In this document: piece by piece, positions 48,940-61,369 of the stretch
Position numbering within the stretch: position 1 is the stretch's first letter
Layout of the letters: each line of letters starts with the position of its first letter
From: Leucoraja erinacea
Taxonomy: Eukaryota
Direction of reading: 5' to 3'
NCBI RefSeq assembly: GCF_028641065.1
Contig: NC_073378.1
Location: 127,224,001 to 127,288,000 of the forward strand
Length of the DNA: 64,000 nt
Program-made: the position numbers and the translations under genes
The notes under the pieces: generated by a model
What the model was told of the DNA's origin: nothing
What the model saw: the letters and a program-made list of their open reading frames with translations, nothing else
Databases searched by the model: none

Positions 48940-49900
48940 GTACTGCATGGAAACAGGCTCATCAACCCAACTCATCCATGCCAACCTATATGCTCATCTG
49001 AACTCGCCCCGTTTGTCTGCTTTAGCCCCATATCTCTCTAAACCTTTTCTATCCATGTACCTGTCCAAAAGTCTTTAAAATGTTATTATATCCGCATCAA
49101 CCTCTCCATGTATGTACAACCCTCCCTATGAAAATATTCTCCTCCTATGAAATATTTCCCTTTTCATCTTAAATCTATGCTCTCTAGTTCTTGATTCCCT
49201 AACCCTGGGGGAAAGAAAACTGTGTGCATGCACCCTATTTATACCCCTCATGATTTTAAACACCTCAGAAAGATCACCCCTCATGCTCTTTGTTCCTCAC
49301 AGTCACAAGTGTACTTTACTTGAGTATCATTTTATACGCAGCAAAGCATAGGATCATGTGATAGGAGCAGAATTAGGCCATTCGGCCTATCAAGTCTACT
49401 CCACCATTCAATCATGGCTGATCTATCTCTCCCTCCTAACCCAATTCTCCTGCCTTCTCTCCATAACCTCTGACACCCGTCAAGAAGCCATCTACCTCTG
49501 CCTTAAATATATCCATTGATGGCCTCCACAGTCTTCTGTGACAAATATTTCCACAGATTCCCCACCCTCTAACAAAAGAAATTCCTCCTCATCTCCTTCC
49601 TGCCCTCTAGTCCTAGACTCTCCCACTAGTGGAAACATCCTCTCCACATCCACTCTATCCAAGCCTTTCACGCTATCCAATGAGGTCCCTCCCTCATTCT
49701 TCTAATCTCCAGCGAGTACATACATGTCCAGTGCTGTCAAACGCTCATCATATGTTAACCTACTCGTTCCTGGGATCATTCTTGTAAACCTCCTTTCCAG
49801 AGCCAGCACATCCTTCCTCATATAATGAGCCCAAAATTGCTCACAATATTCCAAATGCAGCCTGACCAGCACCTTAGAGAGCCTCAGCATTACATCCCTT
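48940..49900 (-). mobile_element. Two CR1 3' fragments (about 48940-49290 old, and 49350-49900)
   Basis: LVRLHLEYCEQFW and KGLDRVDVERMFPLVGESRTRG on the minus strand. Confidence 0.82.
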
Positions 49901-50157
49901 CAATAACCAAATCACCAGATCATGTCTAATTCACTACAATTTCACCCGCATAACCACGGCATATTTTGGCAGGCAATACAACTATGAGGAGCAATGCAAC
50001 ATATCACAATCCTGTCCATCACCTCCAAATTTTTCCCCATCTTAAAAGGTACCTGTAAAATAATTCCAAAGAACGCCTGTTTTTACAATCTGGTTCAAAT
50101 CCAAAATCATCAACCTGAAAATATAACGTTCCCCCGTCCCTCCTCAAGAACTGGCAA

Positions 50158-50474
50158 ACCCCTGTCCCACGGTACAAGTTCATTCCAAGAACTCTCCCGA
50201 GTTTGCCTTGACTCGAGCTGCGAGATTTGCGGTAATGGCCACTCGTCGGTACTCGGGGCTCTCATGGACATTTTTCATCATGTTGAAAAATCTTCACGAG
50301 TCTTCCCGCGCTTACCTGCCGTTAGCGAGTCTTACGAGTACCTGCCGTTAGCGCTGAGAGACATCCCCGAGCTCCGACGTGCCCGCTACGTTCATTCTCC
50401 GTGCTTAACACGAGTTTGATTTTTCTTAAACTCGGGAGAGCTCTTGGAATGAACTCGTACCGTGAGACTGGGCT
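50158..50474. mobile_element. PIF/Harbinger-type MITE
   Basis: Inverted ends of about 45 bp: cctgtcccacggtacaagttcattccaagaactctcccgagttt / aaactcgggagagctcttggaatgaactcgtaccgtgagactgg. TSD degenerate. Confidence 0.8.
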
Positions 50475-51255
50475 TTTAATGATTACATTAATCTCTGTGG
50501 GAGATTTTGCTCTTCACTGCTCAACTACTCTCTCAGTAGAAGTGGCTGACTGCTCCCTTACTGGTTCTCTTAGACACAGTCCATCACAACATTTCAAAAG
50601 TTGAGAGATATTCCTTATTTTGCTATTAATACTGGAGTCAAAACTGCGGTGCAATTGCTCTTCAATCTGATGACATTTTAATGGACTGGCGTTTCATTTG
50701 GTCAGCCAACTATCTAAAAAATGCAAAAATCCATCAACACCTTCAACAGCCTCTAATTCAAGGTAATAGGAAATCTATAAACACCTGTAGGATTTAGTTT
50801 GGCTCTGCTGAGTGCATAGTTTCCGATAGGAGCTCAATGCTTTGGTGCTAGTTGGAGGGAGGTAACAATCAAAGTTATCTTCCAATTCCTCCCAAAAAAA
50901 CATGCAAAATAGCAAAACTCACATGGCCCAACACAAATAGTGTAACTTGCCCAATCGTACTGGGACAACCAGAAGTTTACATCAATGCAGACTTGTCAAC
51001 ATAGCCCACGCAATAATCTATCTAATTTCTTTCTCAATACTTTTACAGACTTCTATAGAAAGTAGAAAAAAAAATGCTAGTTAATACACAAAAAGGACAC
51101 AAAGTGCTGGAGTAACTCAGCGGGTCAAGCCGCATCTCCGGAGAATATGGATAAGTGATGTCTTGGGTCTGGATCCATCTTCAGACTGATTGGAATGGAG
51201 TGGAGTACTTTATTGTCACATGTGCCAAGTCACAGTGAAATTTCTTGCTTGCAAA

Positions 51256-51672
51256 CCCGGTGGCTCAGCACTTCAACTCCTCCTCCCATTCCGAATCCGA
51301 CCTATCTGTCCTGGGCCTCCTCCATGGCCAGACTGAGTCCCACCACAAATTGGAGGAGCAGCACCTCATATTTGCGCTTGGGTAGTTTAGACCCCAGCGG
51401 TATGAACATTGACTTCTCCAATTTGAGGTAGCCCTTGCATTCTCCCTCTTTCCCCTCCCCTTCCCAGCTCTCCCACCGCCCACTGTCTCCGCCTCTTCCT
51501 TTCTTCAAGTTCCGCATCCCCCCCCCCCCCCCCCCCCCAGTCTGAAGAAGGGTCTCGACCCGAAACATCGCCTATTTCCTTCCCTCCATAGATGCTGCCT
51601 CACCCGCTGAGTTTCTCCAGCATTTTTGTCTACCTTTGATTTTTCCAGAATCTGTGGGTCTTCCTTAAACAA
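51256..51672 (+). mobile_element. PLE 3' end: GIY-YIG C-terminus, UTR, poly-C and pLTR with hammerhead-like motif
   Basis: PVAQHFNSSSHSESDLSVLGLLHGQTESHHKLEEQHLIF/RLGSLDPSGMNIDFSNLR*, then ctgaagaagggtctcgacccgaaacatc at 51542. Confidence 0.9.
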
Positions 51673-52734
51673 GGAATGCAAATTTCTCGCCGCAAAAACG
51701 GCGCTGACAAACTTACAAAGTACGCCGCCGGTTCCTCCTTTGTTCTTCCCCCTACCCTTCCCCCAGGGCAGTCCGACCACACCAGGTTCCCCATTGTGCT
51801 TCCCCCTTCCCCTATCACGGTGGTTCCCCCCCGCACCCTCATCAATCGCCGACCAAGAGTCGACCCGCGAGGCTTCACCGCTGCGAGTCTCCGTCGGCCA
51901 TGGGTGGTGGTGGTGGGGGGTAAGGGGTGAAGACAGCTTGAAGAGAGGAGAGGCAGGTAAGTGCATGGAAAGTATCCAGAGTGGTTGTACCATGGCCTGC
52001 TACAGCGATTCCAATGCACAGGAATGGAATAGACTGCAGGGATTGTGAACTCAGACCAGACCACTCCAGGCACAGCCCCCCCCCTCCATCAAAACCATCT
52101 CCAGTTTCAGATTAGTTTATTGTCACGTGTACCGAGGTACAGTGAAAGGCTTTTTGTTTCGTGCTAACCAGTCAGCGGAAAGACTGGGTAGCACATGGTC
52201 ACAATCGAGCCATTGGGGCCTCAAGATGGGGACATCTAACATCCAGGATCCCTGCTATTTAGGTCACGTCCTCTCTTCACTCCAACCATCGGGCTGGAGA
52301 TACAGAAGCCTAAAGTCCCACATGATCAGATTCAGGAACAACTAAATTCCGACAACGAACAGGTTCTTGAACCAACCTGCACAACTCTAACCTGGCCTCG
52401 ACAATGGAACACTGCAGTCCAACTCTTGTATTGACACCGACTTGTTCACTTTTCTAAGTATGTTTTTGTATCGGTTTTGGTTTTCTTACAGCCGTTCTTG
52501 TGGAGATGTCAGGTACAATTAAACTCAACTCGACCGAATTTCACAGCCCCAAAGGTTTCACTTCTTTCTCAAAAATACAATCTAATCCTTCAGTGCAACT
52601 AACCTCAAGATTGTTGGCTGTCCTCACTGAACATCCCCCACAAATAGTCATTCTCCATTAAAGTGCCAGGAGCACAGCTAACAAATCACCAGCTTCAGCC
52701 AAGTCCAATTCATTCAGCAGATTTACTTCATAAA

Positions 52735-55135
52735 TTCATGTCATAGGAGCAGAATTAGGCCATTCGGCCCATCAAGTCTCCTCCGCCATTCAATCATGGC
52801 TGATCTATCCTCTTAACCCCATTCTCCTGCCTTCTCCACATAGCCGCTGACACCCGTACTAATCAAGAATCTATCTAATCAAGAGTCTGAAGAAGGGTCT
52901 CGACCCAAAACGTCACCCATCCTCTCCAGAGATGCTGCCTGTCCCGCTGAGTTGCTCCAGCTCTTTGTGTCTATCTTCGGTTTAAACCAGCATCTGCAGT
53001 TCCCTCCTGCACAAGAATCTATTGCGAATTATTGTCACTGCCCGGCTATCGTTGAGAAAATCAAAAAAAAGATCTTGGAGACATGCAGCAGATCAGGCAG
53101 CGATCACGGAGAAATAAACAATTAACACTTGAGATGAACATGAAACATTTACTCTGTTCCTCTCTCCACCAATGCTGTCTGATTAGAAACATAGAAAATA
53201 GGTCCAGGTGTCAGCTATTCGGCCCTTTGAGCCAGCGTCGCCATTCTACATGATCATGGCTGATCATGCAAAATCAGTACCCTGTTCCTGCTTTCTCCCC
53301 ATATCCCTTGATTCCGTTAGCCTCAAGCCCTATATCTAACTCGCTCTTGAAAACATCCAGTGAATTGGCCTCCACTGCCTTCTGTGGCAGAGAATTCCCA
53401 GTACTCCCAGCATTTCCTTTTGTTCCAGCGTCTGCAGCTGTCGTCCCTTTCTCAATCCCAACTTATTTTCTTATTTTCACACTTGCCAATCCAAAAGCGA
53501 CAAATCAAATCGCAGTGCTTATATTACGGCCCCCGGGTGGAACCAGTTAAGTCGAAATTGACAACAACAAAAAAATTGAGCTTGGAATTTTGAACATATT
53601 ACAAAAAAAAACCCTGCAGATGATAGAAATCTAAAACAATTTGGGAATTCTCTTCTGTGGCATGGGGGCAGACTTTGCCGTTTTAAAATGTAAAGAACAT
53701 ATTTATCGTTAGATAACATCTACAGTGAAATCCCATTGCAACTGTGATGTTAATGCAGACTGACATGGGAGACATCAGTCACTGGTTCACAAAAATCTAC
53801 ATCGAGCTGCAGCTTTAGTACCATTTTATGCAGGTTGTCTTTCACCGCTAGGTTGACATGCAAGATAAAAATCTCATCCGTCTAGCTCCATGTTCATTTC
53901 TCTACTTATTGCCTGCTTTCTGCCAGATTTTGAGCCCGAGGACATTCAATCTTTTTTTTCCCACAGGAGACAAAAATGCTGGAGGAACTCAGCGGGTGGG
54001 GCAGCATCTATGGAGCGAAGGAAATAGGTGACGTTTTGAGTCGAGGCCCTTCTTTTTATCCTGACTCTCAGCTCGATGTCACTTCAGGACTTTCCATGAC
54101 CACACATCGCTACACTCCTGGCAGATTTCACTTAATGTCGTTGAAGTCAGCATAAGATCAGAAGGTCATGAGGAATAGAATTAGGCCATTTGGCCCATTG
54201 TCTCTATCCACCATTCAATCATGGCTGATCTGTCTCTCCCTCCGAACCCCAATCTCCTGCCTTCTCCCCATAACCTCTGACACCCGTACTAATCAACAAT
54301 CTATCTATCTCTGCCTTAAAGATATCCACTGAATCTGAAACTTTTGATGCTGAGCTTTAATGAAAAAATATATGAATGCATTTAATGCTAAGAGCAACCG
54401 TGTGGCTTTCTTGACACTTCATTAGAACAATGGGGACATTGACTTACGATAGCAGAGAAACATAGAAACATAGAAAATAGGTGCAGGAGTAGGCCATTCG
54501 GCCCTTCGGGTCTGCACCGCCATTCAATATGATCATGGCTGATCATCCAACTCAGTATCCCGTACCTGCCTTCTCTCCATACCCCCTGATCCCTTTAGCC
54601 ACAAGGGCCACATCTAACTCCCTCTTAAATATAGCTAATGAACTGGCCTCAACTACCTTGTGTGGCAGAGAGTTCCAGAGATTCTCAGTTCAGTCACACA
54701 GAGAGTTACTGTGTAACTGCTCAGTTTGTTGCAGAGTTTAGAAGAATGAGGGGGGACCTCATTGAAACATACAGAACTGCTTGGAGAGAATGGGTGTGGA
54801 GAGGATGTTTCCATTAGTGGGAGAGTCTAGGACCAAAGGTCATAGCCTCAGAATTAAAAGACATTCCTTTAGGAAGGATATGAGGAGGAATTTCTTTTGT
54901 CAGAGGGTGGTGAATCTGTGAGATTCTTTGCTACAGAGGGCTGTGGAGGGCGTCAATGGATATTTATAAGGCACAGATTGACAGATATTTGATTAGTACG
55001 GGTGTCAGGGGTTATGGGGAGAAGGCAGGAGAATGGAGTTAGGAGGGAGAGATAGATCAGCCATGATTGAATGGCGGAGTAGACTTGATGGGCCAAAGGA
55101 CCTAATTCTGCTCATATCACTTGTGACCTTATGAC
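52735..55135. mobile_element. Cluster of CR1 3' ends (52735-52880 -, 53185-53400 -, 54160-54330 -, 54457-54683 -, 54737-55135 +) and PLE repeats (52885-53010, 53965-54055)
   Basis: Same motifs as the other copies. Confidence 0.8.
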
Positions 55136-56269
55136 TTGGCCTACGTAAGAATAAATATGATCTCAAAGAGTCACTGCTCAATGGCATTCTTCACTGCTGC
55201 TGTCAATTGGCCATTAAGAGGGTTACCATAGCAAATTGCTAAGGTTCATCCATCCTGCTCAGTGTTGAGAGCTGCCATTCTGTTGACAATTAATGAAGTG
55301 CTTCACACTTAAGTTTATGTATAATCAAATGAATACACATAAAGCAGCTAAATATGCAAGCAGTAATTTCAAGTTTCAGTTGCAAATAGGAATGGAACCA
55401 CCCTTATTCTAGTGTAGACTTCTGAACACAATCAGAAGCAGCTTGTAAAGAAAATGCAATATCACAGTGAATATGCAATTGTTTATTTCAACAGCTTTTT
55501 AGTAAAAAGCACTTTTTTTTAAAAGAACAAATTCTCACTCTGGAGATGCACCAATAATAATTCCTCACAGCTCTGCAGCAATGCAATCTCTGCTAAAGGA
55601 CGAACTACTCTAGTCTTGGTAAGTGAGTGAAGTAACACACTGAAGAAGTTATCCGACGGAACTGTTTCATCGTCACTTCTTTCAACTGAAAGTCTCTCGT
55701 CTCAAACTTCTTACAGTTAGCAGAAGATTGTAAACGGAGCAAAAAGCAAGCAGTGTTGGATGCAAGAGCAGCAAAATATCAAACAACCCAGGCAACCCGA
55801 ACAGAGAGCAACACTCCCCAAGTGTCAGGTGGGGTGTTTGCACAATTCTCACCTCCTTGTCCAACCTACACAACACAGGATCAAGTCCTCGTGTAACGAT
55901 TCAAGGTTTCCATCTATAGACGTGACATTAAAAATGAAGCCCCATCTGCTCTTTCAGATGGACTCAGCAGAACACATCGTGCTATTTCCCTGAAGAAATC
56001 GCACATGGCACTGTATAAATGCAAGACTCTTTCTGCAAGCAGTCTGCTATTCCTTCCCTTGTCAAACTGTTTCAGGATTTTAACCACGGGAATTATTATT
56101 TTTGAATAAATTGAGGTCATATTTAAAGGCACAACCAGAATTTGAATTACATTTCCAGAAATCCCTTGGATTGGTTACGACTTTATGGCTATGATTGGGT
56201 TCTGCTGTGCTGCTGAAAATAAGATTTTCATTGTTCACTCAAGATTTTAATTGTTCCATTTAGTCCATT

Positions 56270-56690
56270 TATATCTCACGCTGCCTCGGCAAGGCCGGCA
56301 GCATAATCAAGGATGTGTGTCACCCTGGCTACTCCCTGTGCTCCCCTCTCCCATCAGGCAAAAGGTATAGAAGTGTCAAAACGCACACCTCCAGATACAG
56401 GGACAGTTTCTTCCAGCTGTTATCAGGCAACTGAATCGTCCCACCACAACCAGAAAGCAGTGCTGAACTACTATTCACCTCATTGGTGACCCTCGGACTA
56501 TCCTTAATTGGACTTTGCTGGCTTTATCTTGCACTAAACGTTCTTACCTTATCATCTATCTATGCACTGGAAATGGCTGAATCATGTCTTGTCTTTCTGC
56601 TGTCTGGTTTGCACGCAACAAAAGCTTTTTACTCTACCTCCGTACTTGTGACAATAAACGGAACTGACCTGACATATGACAATAAAACAC
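56270..56690 (+). mobile_element. Rex1/Babar LINE 3' fragment
   Basis: RCLGKAGSIIKD..HPG.SL.SPLPSGKRYRSVKTHTSRYRDSF. Confidence 0.85.
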
Positions 56691-56849
56691 TCTCGACTCT
56701 TTTACAGGAAGGTTGACAGGCTCAATGTCAACACCTCACATCAACCTGCTATTCAAGAATATGCTTAAGAAAAATAAATGTTGTGTTTATGCACAAAAAA
56801 TATGATTCCAATTCATGTTGTGAACTTGGAGATCAACTGGAGGTTGAGG

Positions 56850-57270
56850 TGTGTAAGTTGGAACTGCAGATGCTGGTTTAAACCGAAGATAGACCCAAAA
56901 AGCTGGAGTAACTCAGAGGGTCAGACAGCATCTCTGGAGGAAAGGAATAGGGTCGAGAGATGCAGGACAGAACGCCACAGGAGATCCTTCTTCCCTGTGG
57001 CTATCAAACTTTACAACTACTCCCCCTTCCGTTGTGGGATAGACTGAGACTGACTCCCCTCTCTCCCCCCCCTCCCCTTAAATTCTTTGCACATCCCCCC
57101 AAGCCTTTCCACTCGTCACTTTGATTTCATGTTCCATGTATTTTGTGTTTTAATGACTGTTGGCAGATCAATTTCCCTCCCGGGATAAATAAAATTCTAT
57201 CGTGTCGTATTCCTTTTCTCCAGAGATGCTTTCAGACTGGCCGAGTTATTCCAGCTTTTTGTGTCTACCT
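56850..57270. mobile_element. Opposed PLE arms enclosing a Rex1 3' end (about 56955-57210)
   Basis: RCRTERHRRSFFPVAIKLYN lies between a minus and a plus PLE arm. Confidence 0.7.
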
Positions 57271-57470
57271 AGAGTTTAAGATTGTGGAATTCTCTCCCCA
57301 GGTTCTCCTTCTCAGCCAAGGGCATCATATGCTGGCTGAAGTTGACATGGGAAGATGAGAAAGTGAATGTGTTTGGGTTTGCTGAACACTGGCATGGCAT
57401 TGATGGACCAAATGGCCTCCTTCAGTGTCATGACTAGTATTCTCAGCCTGCCAATAACTGGCTGGGAGCG

Positions 57471-57565
57471 AGTCTGAAGAAGGGTCTCGACCCGAAACGT
57501 CACCCATTCCTTCTCTCCAGAGATGCTGCCTGTCCCGCAGAGTTACTCCAGCTTTTTTGTGTCTA
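57471..57565 (+). mobile_element. PLE pLTR with intact hammerhead-like core
   Basis: ctgaagaagggtctcgacccgaaacgtc at 57474-57501. Confidence 0.85.
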
Positions 57566-58120
57566 GCTTGGGATCTCTTCCTGGTGGCTTTGAGAACATA
57601 AACTGGTCATCTCGTGCCTAATCGAGGATCGAAGATCTGGTAGCACGCGTGCAAACATTGAAGCCTGACCAAAGGGACCAAGAGTAATCATCACACCAAA
57701 GCTGGAAATGTTAGCCAGAGAGAGAAAAGTGACGACAGTTCAGTTAGCCGGCCACTGAATTCGGTTGATTTTGCAGAGAAAGCATTGGTTCTTTCTCTTC
57801 AATGCTCTGAGGTGCCCAAAATAGGAAATCTGCCGGTTGACAACCTCAACCCAAGAGCTTCAAATCAGCAACATACTGATCAACAATAAACAGTGCCATG
57901 AGAGAGATGTTAATTTTCTCATACCAAGCAACCGACAGAAAACTGATAGTAATGACAAAAGATAGGAATGTGATCTTGATCAGATGGTTCTATCTTAATG
58001 TGGAGTGAAGGTTTAAATTTGACTATGGTCCCAAGGGATTCTTTCATGTACCGGACTGATCAAAACCAATTATATGTATATGCCACGTGATCTTAAATAC
58101 GTGATTAACGTCTTTGGGAT

Positions 58121-58480
58121 AGGAACATAGAAAATAGGTGCAGGAGTAGGCCATTCGGCCCTTTGAGCCTGCACCCCCATTCAATATGATCATGGCTGAT
58201 CATCCACTCTGACAGTTTTTTTCTGGATTTTTTTTCACACAGAGAGTGGTGAATCTCTGGAACTCTCTGCCACAGAGGGTAGTTGAGGCCAGTTCATTGG
58301 CTATATTTAAGAGGGAGTTAGATGTGGCCCTTGTGGCTAAGGGGATCAGGGGGTATGGAGAGAAGGCAGGTACGGGAGACTGAGTTGGATGATCAGCCAT
58401 GATCATATTGAATGGCGGTGCATGCTCGAAGGGCCGAATGGCCTACTCCTGCACCTAATTTCTATGTTTCTATGTTTCTA
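58121..58480 (+). mobile_element. Young CR1/HER1 3' end preceded by an inverted CR1 tail (58121-58208)
   Basis: Near-identical to the copies at 21290-21525 and 60437-60680. Confidence 0.9.
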
Positions 58481-58649
58481 TGACAGCTTAGAACGCAACA
58501 AAAGCTTTTCACTGTTTCTCGGTACACAATACACTAAACTACTAAACTGAGATCCTCTTAATCCTCTCTCTTTTTGTTGCGCATTCCACCATTTCTGGTC
58601 TCTTTTCAGATGAAGAGTCTTAAAGGTGGCTGAGCATTTCCAGCATATT

Positions 58650-59272
58650 AGAAACATAGAAACATAGAAATTAGGTGCAGGAGTAGGCCATTCGGCCCTT
58701 CGAGCCTGCACCGCCATTCAATATGATCATGGCTGATCATCCAACTCAGTATCCCGTACCTGCCTTCTCTCCATACCGCCTGATCCCTTTAGCCACAAGG
58801 GCCACATCTAACTCCCTCTTAAATATAGCCAATGAACTGGCCTTAACTACCTTCTGTGGCAGAGAGTTCCAGAGATTTACCACTCTCTGTGTGAAAAATG
58901 TTTTTCTCATCTCGGTCCTAAAGGATTTCCCCTTTATCAATAAACTGTGACCCCTTGTCCTGGACTTCCCCAACATCGGGAACAATCTTCCTGCATCTAG
59001 CCTGTCCAACCGCTTAAGAATTTTGTACGTTTCTATAAGATCCCCCCTCAATCTTTTAAATTCTAGCGAGTACAAGCCGAGTCTATCCAGTCTTTCTTCA
59101 TATGAAAGTCCTGACATCCCAGGAATCAGTCTGGTGAACCTTCTCTGTACTCCCTCTATGGCAAGAACATCTTTCCTCAGATTTGGAGACCAAAACTGTA
59201 CACAATACTCCAGGTGTGGTCTCACCAAGACCCTGTACAACTGCAGTAGAACCTCCCTGCTCCTATACTCAA
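58650..59272 (-). mobile_element. Young CR1/HER1 3' fragment with open ORF2 C-terminus
   Basis: ORF 58746-59240: YRVLVRPHLEYCVQFWSPNLRKD...GEKAGTGY. Confidence 0.95.
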
Positions 59273-60304
59273 ATCAAATCCTTTTGCTATGAATCAAATC
59301 CTTTTGCTATGTTGGAATACAACATCCTGGACTATAATTACATATTCCAAAGCTTTGAGAAAGGTTTGGATAGGGTAATCATGAATGCACGACAAAATTA
59401 AAGCAACAAAGCCTCAGAATAAAACGTTACAGAACTTGCATGTTTTCATAGAACTTCTGTAATACTTCAGTGAAGTTTAATTTTTGGCATATCTTTCATT
59501 CATTTTTTTATATCTCTCTCTACATCACCATCTATATCTCTTGTTTCCCTTTCCCCTGACTCTCAGTCTGAAGAACTTTCCCCTGACTCTCAGTCTCAGT
59601 CAACCCGAAACATCACCCATTCCTTCTCTCCAGAGATGCTGCCTCACCCGCTGAATCACTCCAGCTTTTTGTGTCGATCTAATTTGGTCCCAATTGATGC
59701 AAATCTAAAGTCCTTTCATGCAGATAGAGAAAACCTCATGACAAAAATTAATTCCAAAATGATCTAGTTAAATTACTGGGATGAATCACTGATTTAAATA
59801 CTTATATACCTACGATTATCTTCACTATATTTTAGATGAAAAGAGAAAAATGAGGGCCATAACTTCATTTAAACCAGCAAACATAAGTAGATAAGACTAA
59901 AGGTTCACCATGATACAAATTATCATATTCTTCAAGGAATCTCATGGATTATTCATCGAAACAGCAACAGATGTCATTTTTAAGTAGAGGCATGGAGTTG
60001 CTTTTTTTTTTCCATGATTAAATTGGTTGTTAGCACAAAGCTTTTATGACCTCAACATCTGAAATAAATTCACAACTGAGCACCAAAACACATCAGTCAG
60101 AAAATAAATTAAGCAAAAAAAAAAAAATGTTTTGCTTGTCAAGAGAGTTTCACACAGTCCAGATCTGCTTTCAGTTTATGGTGGGCAGTAAAATAAATCT
60201 TAATTGTAGGTGTACAATTGTAACCATTTGAAAAAAACACACCACTGCAAGCAGCAAACTAAACATCAAGTGTCTTTTAAAACAGAGCTCTTTGTTTTAT
60301 TTAA

Positions 60305-60735
60305 TGCTGGAAAATCAAAGGTAGACAAAAATGCTGTAGAAACTCAGCGGGTGAGGCAGCATCTATGGAGCGAAGGAAATAGGTGATGTTTCGGGTCCAG
60401 TCTGAAGAAAGGTCTCGACCTGAAACGTCACCTATTTCACGCAGAGAGTGGTGAATCTCTGGAACTCTCTGCCACAGAGGGTAGTTGAGGCCACTTCATT
60501 GGCTATATTTAAGAGGGAGTTAGATGTGGCCCTTGTGGCTAAGGGGATAAGGGGGTATGGAGAGAAGGCAGGTACGGGATACTGAGTTGGATGATCAGCC
60601 ATGATCATATTGAATGGCGGTGCAGGCTCGAAGGGCCGAATGGCCTACTCCTGCACCTAATTTCTATGTTTCTATGTTTCCTTCGCTCCATAGATGCTGC
60701 CTCACCCGTTGAGTTTCTCCAGCAATTGTCTACCT
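60305..60735. mobile_element. Inverted PLE insertion with a young CR1 3' end nested inside (60437-60680)
   Basis: The host sequence cacctatttc|cttcgctccatag is split by the CR1. Confidence 0.88.
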
Positions 60736-60889
60736 TCTTTATTTTATTGATAATTTTAATGTTGTAAAACAATTAGCAATATAAATTTAATAGAAATGAA
60801 ACAGACACAACGCGCTGGAGTAACTCAGCGGTTCAGGCAGCATCACTGGAGAACGTGGATTCATGTTACTGGTCGGGACCCTTCTTCAA

Positions 60890-61325
60890 TGTCATAGAGT
60901 CATACAGCACGGAAACAGATCCAGTGGCCCAACTTGCCCATGCCGACTTATTTGACCCATCTACACTAACCCCACCTGCCTACATTTGGCCCACACCCCT
61001 CTAAATCTTTGCTATCCATGTACGTCCAAATTTATTTTAAATGTTGTTATAGTACCTGTCTCAACTACCTCCTCAAGAAGGTCGTACCACATGCCCATCA
61101 CCCTTTGAGTGAAAAAGTTACCCCTCAGGTTCCTATTAAACCTTTCGCCTCTCACCTTGAACCTACGCCCTCTGGTTTTTGATTCCCCAACTCTGGGTAA
61201 AGGAATCTGTGCATTCATTCTCTCTATTCCTTTCATGATCTTGTACATCTGTATAAGATCGCACCTTATCCTTCTGTGCTCCACGGAATACTGTCTTAAC
61301 CTGCTCAGTCTCTCCCCACGGCTCA
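60890..61325 (-). mobile_element. CR1 LINE 3' fragment
   Basis: EHRRIRCDLIQMYKIMKG...RGNFFTQRVMGMW. Confidence 0.88.
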
Positions 61326-61369
61326 GCCCCCCACATGCCCCTCAGTCCCTTTATTTTTGTAATCCAGCA

